Shown here in pieces: positions 47,400 through 58,100 of a stretch of DNA of 64,000 nucleotides. The DNA is from Flavobacteriales bacterium. GTDB taxonomy: Bacteria; Bacteroidota; Bacteroidia; Flavobacteriales_F; PHOS-HE28. Position 1 is the first letter of the stretch; every line of letters starts with the position of its first letter. Where the stretch lies: positions 65,136 to 129,135 of the forward strand of contig JBBSUV010000003.1 in assembly GCA_038234075.1 (NCBI GenBank). The letters are read 5' to 3'. The notes under the pieces were generated by a model that worked only from the letters and a program-made list of their open reading frames with translations, had not been told where the DNA came from and made no database searches. Made by a program: the position numbers and the translations under genes.

Positions 47400-48650
47400 T
47401 CATTTGACTACAACGGTTTGCACCACTGTACTACCCGCATTCTGGACGCGCAACGAATACGTGCCCTTGGCAAACCTTGAAAGGTCGATCAACCGAATGT
47501 TTCTGGTCCCATTGCCGTTGAAGACCTCATTCTGCACCAACTGCCCCTTCACGTCGAAGACTTGCAGTGAGACCAAGCCCGACAGCTCTGTTTCCAATGT
47601 GAACTGGCCGGCATTAGGATTTGGGTAGACCCGGACGTTCCCGTTGACCGACATTTCATTCCCGTTGATCCCTTCACCGAGATCAACTGTGGTACAAAGG
47701 CCAGCGGTGTTGATGCATCCGTCCACATCGACATAGGTATAGGTCACACTGTGGGTTCCAACACCCGCCATTCCAGGGTCGAAAGTGCTACCGGATACCC
47801 CTGGGCCGATAAAGATACCTCCAGCAGGAACCCCAATCAATTCAACAATGCCATCAGTTGTGGTGTAAGATGCATCTAGACCAGTAAGGGAAACCGGCGT
47901 CTGACTACGACACGGGGATGCGGGCGTACCAGAGAACAGCCCCGTGATTTCTTGTTGGGATAATGCCCGGTCCCATATGCCAATATCGTCGATCAGTCCG
48001 CCAAATCCATCGAAGCCGGATATCGATTTCCTACCAATGTTCCAAGTTGTAGTAGTGCTTAATGGTGCATTGTTAATGCCTGTGTCTGTAAGGACACCAT
48101 CAATATATAGCGCGGCCTCACCGGCATTATAGTCAGAAGTGAATAAAATGTGGTGCCATTCGTATTTTGTAATTGCGAAAGTGGATGGCCATACTTGAGA
48201 ACCGGACGCGGCATATGAACATTTGATTGTTACCGTCGAGCCTATATCACTATTTACTATTATCCCTGGCTCACCGGAGGAGATTACTCTCGAATTGCTT
48301 GTAGCTGCGTCAAACCACACCCAACAGGAGATTGAGATTCTATCTGGCGACAGTTGGGGTAACGTACCTAAATCAATATAGTTGGAGCTGCTTAAGGAGT
48401 TGGGCCAGCTATAGGCACTATTCGAACTCCCAAAACGATCACTGGTTAGTGTGAGGGCTCCATTCACAGTTCCGTTATTCCCTGATCCGCTTTCATCATT
48501 CGCATCACCATTGAATGGCCACCAACCAACAAGGCCATTGGTGGGGATATAACTAGGGACTTGCGCAAACGCAAGGTTTGACAATACAATGATGGCAAGT
48601 GTTGCTAAGAGTGTCCTTCTTGCTCCCATTTTGGGTTTGTTTTGTTTCAA
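47400..48650 (-). CDS. secreted LamG/concanavalin-like domain protein with type-A T9SS C-terminal sorting domain
   Basis: Signal peptide (LLATLAIIVLSNLAFAQ), a LamG-like region, and a C-terminal Por_Secre_tail (VYPNPNAGQFTLE...GTYSLRVQ). Confidence 0.65.
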   Translation of the reverse strand: MKQNKPKMGARRTLLATLAIIVLSNLAFAQVPSYIPTNGLVGWWPFNGDANDESGSGNNGTVNGALTLTSDRFGSSNSAYSWPNSLSSSNYIDLGTLPQLSPDRISISCWVWFDAATSNSRVISSGEPGIIVNSDIGSTVTIKCSYAASGSQVWPSTFAITKYEWHHILFTSDYNAGEAALYIDGVLTDTGINNAPLSTTTTWNIGRKSISGFDGFGGLIDDIGIWDRALSQQEITGLFSGTPASPCRSQTPVSLTGLDASYTTTDGIVELIGVPAGGIFIGPGVSGSTFDPGMAGVGTHSVTYTYVDVDGCINTAGLCTTVDLGEGINGNEMSVNGNVRVYPNPNAGQFTLETELSGLVSLQVFDVKGQLVQNEVFNGNGTRNIRLIDLSRFAKGTYSLRVQNAGSTVVQTVVVK

Positions 48651-48747
48651 TCAGATTGGTGGGGACTATACGGTTTTGGCTGGAGAGATAATCCAACATT
48701 GGTCGAATGTAGTGCAATGACGTACAAGCGAGCAAATTACCCTCGAA

Positions 48748-48822
48748 CCCCACGCTCGGCTGCGTCATCAATAGTTCCCGGCGCTCGGCTCAACGATAAC
48801 CTCACAGACCTGCCGAGTGCCC
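48748..48822 (+). repeat. island direct repeat copy 2 (~75 bp)
   Basis: CCCCACGCTCGGCTGCGTCATCAATAGTTCCCGGCGCTCGGCTCAACGATAACCTCACAGACCTGCCGAGTGCCC, followed by a GC hairpin. Confidence 0.75.
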
Positions 48823-49002
48823 AGTTCTTTTCCGCCGAGCCTGCCCCGGAGCCGCATCCGGGGGCGGGCTCCGCCGATCTTGCCATTCAATCTCTCCTTC
48901 CTTAGGGCATGCGCGTGGTCCGAGGCATATTGGACCCGCCCAGCGTCAAGAACAACCCCTTAACTTTACGTCTCAACCATCCGTCAGACTGACCAACAAG
49001 CC

Positions 49003-49242
49003 ATGACCACTCTAGAGCTAAGGGCCGAGATCAACCAGTTGCTGAGCCACGAGAACAACACTTCCGTGCTGGAGGCGATACGTATGCTTTTGCGCAGGGA
49101 AGAAGCGGATGTTGATGATGACTTCACCGATGAGGAGATCGCCGAGCTCGAGCAACGCCGCGCGCGCTATCTGAGCGGAGAGAGTAAGCCCCATACCGTG
49201 GAAGAATCCATGCGTCTTGCACGCGAAGGGTTCAAGCGGTGA
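49003..49242 (+). CDS. type II antitoxin (addiction-module component)
   Basis: 79 aa; acidic; 4-bp overlap with downstream ParE-like toxin. Confidence 0.55.
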   Translation: MTTLELRAEINQLLSHENNTSVLEAIRMLLRREEADVDDDFTDEEIAELEQRRARYLSGESKPHTVEESMRLAREGFKR

Positions 49243-49529
49243 ATTTCACGGTTCAAGTCCTACCGGAAGCTACTGAGGAGGTCGGGGTGATCTTCGGCTA
49301 TTATGAAGACAAAAAATCCGGTTTGGGGAAACGCTTTCAACAAGCACTGAACGCGTGTTACGAGGATCTGGCGCTCGATCCGTGGAGGCAGAAGCGCAAG
49401 GGCGTTTTCCGGCATGCCATGATCCAAAAGTTCCCCTATCGCGTGGTGTATGAAGTTCATGGCAAACGTGTGATCGTTTACCAAGTGCGCCACACCAGCC
49501 GCAAACCCAGTAAGAAGTTCGGGCCGTAA
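49239..49529 (+). CDS. type II toxin RelE/ParE family
   Basis: 96 aa; KFPYRVVYEVHGKRVIVYQVRHTSRKP. Confidence 0.65.
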   Translation: MNFTVQVLPEATEEVGVIFGYYEDKKSGLGKRFQQALNACYEDLALDPWRQKRKGVFRHAMIQKFPYRVVYEVHGKRVIVYQVRHTSRKPSKKFGP

Positions 49530-49554
49530 TCACAGGCTGACCAAGCCGCTGAGG

Positions 49555-49628
49555 AGACCCCATCCCCGCGCTCAGCTGGGTCAACAATAGTTCCCGGTGC
49601 TCGGCTCAACGATAACCTCACAGACCTG
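49555..49628 (+). repeat. island direct repeat copy 3 (~74 bp)
   Basis: CCCCGCGCTCAGCTGGGTCAACAATAGTTCCCGGTGCTCGGCTCAACGATAACCTCACAGACCTGCCGAGTGCCC, followed by a CCGCC..GGCGG hairpin. Confidence 0.75.
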
Positions 49629-49801
49629 CCGAGTGCCCGGCTCCTGTCCGCCTCTGGCGGGCTCTGCGATACGGATATGAGTGTTGAAGATGGCCGGTGG
49701 CCGCAAGAGTTGGGCACTCGGGAACTCCGGATGAGACTCCGGGGCCGAGCGCCGGGTTCAGAGAGACTCTGCGTTCCGGACGGGCCAAACTGTCATAGCA
49801 C

Positions 49802-50110
49802 TCAACGCCTTCTTTCTTCAAACCGGCTTTTCAGGTCCATCCTTTCGTGTAGGACCCTGATGATCTCGATCTCCAGTTCGTTCAAGGCCATGAAGAATAC
49901 GATATGCCGACCGGTGCGCACTCCTTTCAGGCCCGCACGGATCTCGTCATAGTTCCTGCCTGAACCAGGGTTGTCGGCCAATTCTTGAAAAGCATCCAAA
50001 AAATCCCGGTAGTATTTGTCTGCTTGCTTTTCTGACCATCGATCGAATGTGAAATTCCAGATGTCCCCTAGATCTCCGATAGCCTTGTTAGAGAGGATAT
50101 ACCTACCCAT
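49802..50110 (-). CDS. parE: type II toxin ParE
   Basis: 102 aa; MGRYILSNKAIGDLGDIWNFTFDRWSEKQADKYYRDF...GRHIVFF. Confidence 0.75.
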   Translation of the reverse strand: MGRYILSNKAIGDLGDIWNFTFDRWSEKQADKYYRDFLDAFQELADNPGSGRNYDEIRAGLKGVRTGRHIVFFMALNELEIEIIRVLHERMDLKSRFEERRR

Positions 50111-50354
50111 TCGTTCCCCTCTTGGCCTTCAGTTCCGCAAGATGTTCCTTCGGATCGAAGTCCTTGGCGAGCCCACTCTGCACGCCCTCTTCAATGGCCA
50201 TGCGCAAAGCAGATATTTTACTCTCCTCTTCCTCCAATAACCGCAGCGCGGCGCGGATCACCTCGCTGATATTCCCGTAGCGGCCTTCGGTTACGCTCCG
50301 TTGAATGAACTGCTCATAATAGGAGCCGAGTGAAACGGGGGTGTTCTTGCTCAT
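50103..50354 (-). CDS. parD: type II antitoxin ParD
   Basis: 83 aa; GRYGNISEVIRAALRLLEEEE; 8-bp overlap with parE. Confidence 0.75.
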   Translation of the reverse strand: MSKNTPVSLGSYYEQFIQRSVTEGRYGNISEVIRAALRLLEEEESKISALRMAIEEGVQSGLAKDFDPKEHLAELKAKRGTNG

Positions 50355-50523
50355 TGTTCAATGCTTCCATCCCAAAGGTAACGTGCTTAGGGACATTCCG
50401 GCAGTCTTCAGCCTGCTGCGCGGAACCACCCCGTTCCTTCCTCTTGGATAGCTTCGCCTTTCGAGGCCGGTCACAAAATGTGACCACCTTATGAAACGCT
50501 GGCCTCCGATATGGAAGCCCTCG

Positions 50524-50793
50524 TCACTTATCGCCGTAGTGCCCTTTGCAGCTCATTACTTCTACCGATCCTTCACTGGTCATTCGATAGACCAACCGGT
50601 GCTTTTCATCGATCCGTCGGGACCAATACCCTTTGAGTGCTCCTTTCAATGGTTCCGGCTTACCCACGCCTTTGAAGGGTTCGCGCAGGATAGCCTTGAT
50701 CAAGTCGTGGATCTTGATGTACCGCGCTTTGTCGTAGATGCCCCAGTCGCAAAAATCATCGTAGGCGTTCTGCTCGAAGATAATGCGCTTCAT
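50524..50793 (-). CDS. yoeB: type II toxin YoeB/Txe family (copy B)
   Basis: 89 aa; 2 aa substitutions relative to copy A. Confidence 0.8.
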   Translation of the reverse strand: MKRIIFEQNAYDDFCDWGIYDKARYIKIHDLIKAILREPFKGVGKPEPLKGALKGYWSRRIDEKHRLVYRMTSEGSVEVMSCKGHYGDK

Positions 50794-51047
50794 GCCTTGA
50801 GGCGCTCCATCACCATAGCGTCCAGATCAGCCTCTGAAAGTGTGACGGAGTTTCCTTTTTCAAGGTTCTTGATCGCCTTGTCCAAGCGCTGGAGGTAGAC
50901 CTTCTTGCTTTCCGAGCGTGTCAACTCGAAATCCGTACTGGAGCGGATGGTAAGCGTGAGCTCGCGGTCCTTGTCGAACAAGCGTTTGATCTTGTTCAAC
51001 AGGTCCATGTCCAACTCCGATACCTTGATGCGCAGGCTTGTTTCCAT
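50790..51047 (-). CDS. yefM: type II antitoxin Phd/YefM family (copy B)
   Basis: 85 aa; 3 aa substitutions relative to copy A. Confidence 0.7.
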   Translation of the reverse strand: METSLRIKVSELDMDLLNKIKRLFDKDRELTLTIRSSTDFELTRSESKKVYLQRLDKAIKNLEKGNSVTLSEADLDAMVMERLKA

Positions 51048-51153
51048 TGGGCTTAACTCTTGCGAAGATAGGAGATCATCCCAAGGGCCTGAAGATCCAA
51101 CTTCGCAAGGTTATCGTTACTCCCTCCGTGTTGGTAGTCCTTCCGCAAGCGAT

Positions 51154-52137
51154 TTAGAACGCACTACTGGTCATCCTTCTTGAGCGACCCGAGATCGTTC
51201 CGTAATACACGATCGAGAATTCGAATGCGCCGTTGTTGTTCGTGTAGGTGCGCAGCGGTGAGGTATTGATGTCGTAGCTGAAGCGGTACATGTTGTTACC
51301 GTGCTTGATGCCGACCTGTGCGATAACAGCATCATCCAAACGATAGGAGCAGCCTGCCACCACGCCATACACACCGTTCATCAGCGCCACCTGGCCTAAG
51401 AGGCCGGCCTGGATCATCTGGTCCGGGCCTTGGCGCATGTAGAGCCCTTGCGGGATGATGTCCACACCTTCGGCTACCGTGATGTACGCACCCGCGTTCA
51501 CCGAATAGCGGATCGGCAGGTCGCTCTTCTCCTCGCGGAAAATGGATTCGTCCGGCGTGGTGACGTGGAAGAGCGCGAAGTTCCCGAAGGGGTTGATCAT
51601 CTTGTTCCTGTTGGTGGAACGATAGGCCACACCAGCACCGAGGTCCAGCATCATCCTTCCCTTCTTCTGGAACGCTTCCCCTGAGGGCAGGTCGTTGTCA
51701 AAATGGTCCCGGTCGTACTGGGCGTCCCAAACCAACTTGTTGTCGTTCACCTTCTTGTAGATCAAGCCCAGGTTCACTCCCGCTGAAAGCGTATAGTACT
51801 TGGATGACGAGACGTTGTACGCGCCGGTAAAGCCCGCCTGGAAGTTGTTCAACACGTTGGCCATGTTGTAGTTGTTCAGGTAGGCCCCGAAGCCGTACTT
51901 CCTGTCCATGGACATGTCCACCGCGAAGGCCGTGGTGAGGAAGTTGCTCGCCAAGCTGTTCCACTGGCTCCGCAGGTTGCTGCTCACCCGGAAGTCGCTG
52001 TTCTCATACATGCCCGTGAGCGCCGGGTTCAGGAGTACCGAGGCCGCATCGTACTGGCTCAGCTGTGCATCCTGGGCACGCGTGGCACCAGCTCCGAAGA
52101 GCATGATCGCCAAGAGGAGGGTTGCTTTCGTTCTCAT
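51154..52137 (-). CDS. T9SS PorP/SprF-family outer-membrane beta-barrel protein
   Basis: 327 aa with a signal peptide, FAVDMSMDRKYGFGAYLNNYNMANV and a terminal aromatic residue. It lies immediately downstream of a type-B-CTD giant adhesin, as with sprB-sprF. Confidence 0.75.
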   Translation of the reverse strand: MRTKATLLLAIMLFGAGATRAQDAQLSQYDAASVLLNPALTGMYENSDFRVSSNLRSQWNSLASNFLTTAFAVDMSMDRKYGFGAYLNNYNMANVLNNFQAGFTGAYNVSSSKYYTLSAGVNLGLIYKKVNDNKLVWDAQYDRDHFDNDLPSGEAFQKKGRMMLDLGAGVAYRSTNRNKMINPFGNFALFHVTTPDESIFREEKSDLPIRYSVNAGAYITVAEGVDIIPQGLYMRQGPDQMIQAGLLGQVALMNGVYGVVAGCSYRLDDAVIAQVGIKHGNNMYRFSYDINTSPLRTYTNNNGAFEFSIVYYGTISGRSRRMTSSAF

Positions 52138-52150
52138 TGTTCTGTTCTCT

Positions 52151-55100
52151 TTAGCGGATCAAAGTCACTTTACCCGAGCGGTCAAAGTCCTGGCCTTCCA
52201 CCGATGTGGCGACGACCGTGTAGACGTACACCCCGTTGATCTCCGGCTTCCCGTTGTGGGTGCCGTCCCATCCGAACTCAGGGTCGCTGGTCTCGAAGAC
52301 CATTTCGCCCCAGCCGTTGAAGACCTTCAGTTCCATGGTCTTGAAGGGGCCACCGCGGACGAAGAAGACGTCGTTCACTCCATCGCCGTTCGGGCTGAAA
52401 GCGTCCGGTAGTTTCGGTGGCACGATCTTGTTCTCGGTGATCGCGATGAGCATGGAATCGGAGGCGGTGCAGCCTGCAGCATTGGAGACCGTCTGCACGA
52501 TGATGTACTGACCTCCCTGGGTATAGGTGTGCGTGGGATCCTGGGAGAGCGAACCCTGACCATCACCGAAGTTGTAATGCCAGCCGTTGCCTCCGAAGGA
52601 ATTGTCCTCGAACACGATCGACTCACCAGTGAAGGCATCCCCGGTGAAGGAGAAGCCTGCCGTGGGTGCGAACATCACCTCCACTACTTGGCTGGTGGTG
52701 GCGCTACAGCCGTTCTGTGCGAATACTGTGAGCGTTACCGGATACTGTCCCGCTCCAGCGAAGGCGTTGCCAGCCTGTTGACCAGCTGCAGTGCTGCCGT
52801 TGCCGAAGTCCCAGTTCCAGCCGATGATGGGCGAACCCGTGGTGGTGCTGGCATCGGTGAAGGCCGTGTTCGATCCTGCACAAGCGTTGCCGAAGTTGAA
52901 GGCAGCGTTCAGCGGGTTCACGAACGACAGCTTCACGGTATCCACCGCTGCGGCGCAGAAGAGGTCACCCGTGGTGGTGAGGAACAGTTCCACTTGTTGC
53001 AATTGGGAGTCGCCGGTGCTGGGCTGGTAGGTGGCATTGGCCGTGGTGTTGTTCGGCAGGAAGATGCCGGAACCGTTGGTGGTCCATTGCAAGCCCGTGG
53101 CGCCGTTGTAGATACCTGCCAGCTGCACATCCGCCGAGGCGTCGCAGGTGGTAATGTCCGTGCCTGCGTTCACCGTGGAAGGCTGGTGCATGTTCACTGC
53201 CAGCGTATCGGTGTGCGCGGGGCAGCCCATGTTACCGGTGGTGGTGAGCACGAAGCTCAGTTGCTGGAACACCAGGTCCGGTGCGCTCGGCACGTAGCTC
53301 GCGTTCAAGGCATCGGCATTCGGCAGGAAGGTGCCTGTGCCGTTCGTGGTCCACGTGCCACCGCTCACTCCTGTGATGTTTCCGGCCAGTTGGACGATGC
53401 CACCATTGGCACACACGTCCAGGTCAACACCAGCGTTCGCGATCCGTGTGGGGCCCACTCCGATGAAGAGCGAATCCGATGCGTTGCCGCAGGTGCCCGT
53501 GCCGTAGGCCGTGAGGATCAGGTGTACGCCACCTGCGATGCTGTCATTGGCCGTAGGTGTGTAAGTAGCGTTCAGCGTATTGGCATTGGGGCTAAAGGTG
53601 CCCGTGCCTGCGGTGATCCATCGCACCAACGAATCGTTCTGCGCGGTGCCATTCAGTTGGATCGGCGACAGGCCATTGCAGAGCAACAGGTCCGTGCCGG
53701 CGTTCACCGTTGGTGGCACATGGTAGCTCACCACCAAGGTGTCCTTTCCGGCGGGGCAGCCCGCGTTGTTGGTAGTGCTCAGCACCAGGGAAATGTCACC
53801 GATCACGAAGTCCGCTGGGCCCGGGATGTAGGTGGCGTTGAGCGCCATAGCTGAAGGGCTGAAGGAACCCGTACCCGTGGTGCTCCACATGCCCGTGGTG
53901 GTACCTGCAACTGCGCCGTTCAGCGAAATGTTAGGCGCCGTGCTGCAAGTGATCACGTCTTGACCGGCCTGTGCAGAGAGCCCGCCGCCGAAGGTGATGG
54001 TGAGTGCATCCGACACCGCGCTGCAAGGCAGGGTGCCCGTGGTGGTCACGGTGAGCGTCACGGTTCCCAGTGTGCTATCAGCTACGCTTGGGTAGTAGAG
54101 CGTGGCCAAGGCATTGGCATCGAAGAAGGTGCCCGTGCCCGAAGTCGTCCACGTACCGCCAGGCGCATTGGCTGCATTGGCGGCCAACTGTACAGGTGCG
54201 CTCGTGCAAGCGACCACATCGCTACCGGCCATGATGTTCGGCACGGCCCGCAGGTTCAACGTCATGGCATCGGAGGAAGCCGCGCAGGAGCCGTTGGTGA
54301 TCGTAGTGATCGTCAACTGCACTGAACCCGCTGCGATATCCGCATTGCTGAGCGTGTAGGTAGCGTTCGGATCCGTGTTGTTGCTGAAGGATCCCGAGCC
54401 GGAAGTGCTCCACTGGATGCCTTGTGCTCCGCCGCTGAAGTTGCCCGCGAGCTGGGCGATCGGTGAGTTGACACAGAGGCTCTGATCCGGACCGGCGTAA
54501 GCAAAGCTGGTGTTACCGAAGGTCAGCGTCATCTGATCGCTACCGCTGGGGCAAGTGCCCGTGTTGGTAGCGGTGAACGTGAGCACAACCGAGCCGTTGG
54601 CCACATCGGCCGCGGAGAAGAAGTACTGCGCGTTGAGCACATCGGCATTGGGCTGGAAGGTGCCCGATCCGGTGGCTGTCCAAGTGCCCGAAGGCGATCC
54701 GTTCTGAACGGTGCCCAACAGATTGGCATGGTCGGAGAGCACACACACGCTCTGGTCCGGCCCAGCGCTCACGATGATTCCAGCGGTGAGATAGATCGTC
54801 ATCGCATCGCTCACCGCGCCGCAGTTGCCGTTGTTCAAGGAGGTGAGCGTGAAGTTGATCTGACCCGCAGCGATGTCCGCAGCACTTGCCGTGTACGTGG
54901 TGTTCAGTGCACCTGCGTTGGCGATGGTGCCGGTGCCTGTGGTGGTCCACTGGCCCACCGTGGTGATGCCGGATATCATTCCGCTCAGGTTGAACTGGCT
55001 CACTTGGTCACAGTAGGTCTGGTCCGCTCCTGCGTTCACATAAGGTGCTGGTGTCAGCTGCAGCGTCATGGCATCGCTGGCGTTGTTACAGCTGTTCACC

Positions 55101-58100
55101 GCGTTCAGCGTCAAGGTCAGCGAGCCGATGGCGGTGTCGATGTTGCTGGGAATGTAGGTGGGCGTCAGCACGCTGTTGCTCGGATAGAAGGAACCCGTGC
55201 CGGAGGTGGTCCACTGCACTTGGGTGGCATCGCCGCTGAGCGTTCCAGTGAGCTGCACCGTGGCGTTGTTCGCGCAGAAGCTCAGGTCCGGACCAGCGTT
55301 CACGTTGCCGGAAGGTTGGATGGCGATATACACCGTATCCACAGCCGCGGTGCATGCACCGGTGTTGGTGGCGGTGAGCACCAGCCTCACACCGTGTGCT
55401 AAGGAATCCTGGGCGCTGGCGTGGTAGATGTTGGCGAGCGCATCAGCCGGGTTGGCGAAGCTGCCCGATCCCAACGTGCTCCACACGCCGGTGGAAGAGG
55501 CACCGCTCACTTGGCCATTGATCAGCACGTTCAGGTTACCGAAGCAGACCACTTGATCGGCCCCAGCATTCGCGCTGGAGACCGGCACGATGGTCACGCT
55601 CATCTGATCCATGGCATTGTCACAGCTGTTCACGCTCCAGGTGAAGGTGAGCGTGCCTTGGGTCGCATCGCCCGGAGCCACTTGGTACACCGCGTTCGCA
55701 GCACTGGCGTTCGGGTTGAAGGAACCTGCACCGTTCGTGGTCCAGTGACCTTCAGTGGCGTTACCGCTGATGCTACCGGCCAGTTGCACGGTGGCTTGGC
55801 TTGCGCAGATGCTTTGGTCAACACCGGCGTTGGCGACGGCGTTCGGAAGGATGGTCAAGGTCATCATGTCCGACACCACGTTGCAGAGACCGTTGTTGGT
55901 GGAAGTCAAGGTGAGATCCACAGTGCCGTTGAGTGAATCCAGTGCACTGGCCATGTACGTGGCATTCAGCGTGGTGGCGCTCGGGAAGAAGGTGCCTGTG
56001 CCGCTGGTGGTCCAGGTACCGGTGGTGGATCCACCTTGCACGCTGCCCGTCATCGGCACTTGCAGTGCACTGGAACAGGTGGTGACGTCCGGACCGGCGC
56101 TCACCACAGGGGCGGGCGTTACGGCGAGCATCACTTGGTCCACTACGGAGAGGCAGTTGCCATTGCCAGTGGTGGTGAGCGTAAGCGCCACGCTGCCGGT
56201 CTGCAGTTCGAAGCTCGAAGGCACGTACTGTGCGTTCAGTGTCTGTGCGTTCGGCGTGTAGCTGCCGAGGCCACCGCTCCATTGTGCGCCACCGGCCACC
56301 GTGATCGCACCGTTCAGCGTTACCAGCGGGTTGTTGGCGCAAACGTCCATGTCCATACCGGCATTCACTGTGGGCGCTGGCGTGAAGGTGATGGCGAGAG
56401 TATCGCGCACAGCGAAGCAATTGCCGTTGCCGGTGGACGAGAGATAGAGGTTCAAGCTACCCGAAGCGATCTCCAATGCCGTGGGCGTGTACACGGGACT
56501 GAACACGTTGTTGGAAGGGCTGAAGGTGCCGCTTCCACCGGACCATGCACCACCGTTCGCGTTGTCCACGTTTCCGCTGAGCTGCACTGCCGCGTTGTTG
56601 GCGCACACAGCCTGATCCATGCCGGCATTCACCACAGGTGCATCGGTGAAGTAGACCGTCATCTGGTCGACGACTGCAGCACAGAATGTGGTGCCCGTGG
56701 AAGACAGCGTGAAGGTGATGGAACCTGCCGTTACCTCCGCCTCAGTGGGCGTGTACTGCAGCGCCAGCGAGGTGTTGTTCGGGAAGTAGTTGCCATTTCC
56801 TCCGGTCCATTGGCCGCCCGAGGCGTTGCCCACAAAGCCGTTCAGCTGGAAGTTCGGGTTGTTGCCGCAGATCTGTTGATCCGGTCCGGCGTTCACCACA
56901 GGAACAGGATCCACGATGATCACGAGGCTGTCGCGCACCGCATTGCAATTCCCGTTGCTGGTGGAGGTGAGCACCAAGGACATCTGTCCAGCGGCGATCT
57001 CAAGCGCAGTAGGCTGGTAAGTGGCGTTCAGCGTCTGGGCGTTAGGCGTGAAGACACCTGCACCGCCGCTCCACGCGCCGCCATTGGCCACGGTGATCGC
57101 ACCGGCCAATTGCACCTCGGAACTGTTGGCGCACACATGAGCATCCAAGCCCGCATTCACGATTGGCGCCGGAGTAAAGTCCAAGCGCACGGAATCGCGG
57201 GAGGCCAAGCAGCCGCCGTTGCCGGTCGAGGTGAGATAGAGCCACAATCCGCCTGCGCCTACTTCAGCAGCGCTCGCCGTGTACACCGCGTTCAGTGCAG
57301 TGGCATTCGGACTGAAGGATCCAGCACCGCCGCTCCATGTACCGCCGGTAGCATTGGTCACCTGGCCATTCAACGAGGCAGCGATGTTGTTGGCGCAAAG
57401 GGTTTGTGCGGCACCGGCCTCCACTACTGGAGCGGCGGTGATGTTGATGGTCACTTGAGCACTCACTGCATTGCAAAGTCCGTTGCCGGTGCTGGTCAAG
57501 GTGACCGTGGCCGTGCCTGCAATTACTTCAGCAGCGGAAGGTGTGTAGATGGCGCTCAGGCTGTTCGCATTGGGCGAGAAGCTGCCTGCACCGGTCCATG
57601 TTCCGCCCGTAGCGTTCTGCACCGATCCGGCCAGTTGCACACTCGGGTTGTTCGCGCAGGACTGCATGGGTTGACCAGCGTTCACCACTGGTGCTGGCGC
57701 GATGGTCACCACCATCTGGTCGTTCACGGCGCTGCACAGCGCATTGCCCACTGTCGTCAAGGTCAACGTGACAGTGCCTGCGGAGATCTCCGCTGCGGTC
57801 GGTGTGTACACTGCATTCAGGATGCCGCTGTTCGGCGAGAAGCTGCCCGCTCCACCGCTCCAGATGCCGCCCGTAGCTACGGTAACAGATCCGTTCAATT
57901 GCAAGGTGGCGTTGTTCGCGCAGATGCTCGCGTCCAGTCCAGCGTTGGCCGTGGGCGCAGGTGTGAAGGTGTAGGTCACTTCGTCGGTTACCGCCGTGCA
58001 ACCGCTGTTGCCCGTGGTGGTAAGCACCAGCGTGGCGCTCCCTGCGGCGATCTCACCTTGTGAAGGTGTGTACACCGCGTTCAGTGCATTGGCGTTCGGG

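Larger units (their letters stand above)
50524..51073. repeat. ~550-bp inverted-repeat arm B (yefM-yoeB module)
   Basis: Reverse complement of 29917-30466 at ~97-98% identity. Confidence 0.85.

Noticed and set aside
47127-49628. Island repeats as integron attC sites
   Set aside because: Only one RYYYAAC-like core (GCTCAAC) is present. The GTTRRRY partner core is not in inverted arrangement. The internal symmetry is two direct half-sites plus one inverted half-site, not the R''-L''/L'-R' attC layout. No intI is in the window.
51098-51120. Possible fourth, inverted, island repeat copy (GGTTATCGTT)
   Set aside because: Only a 10-bp match to the repeat core, which could be chance.
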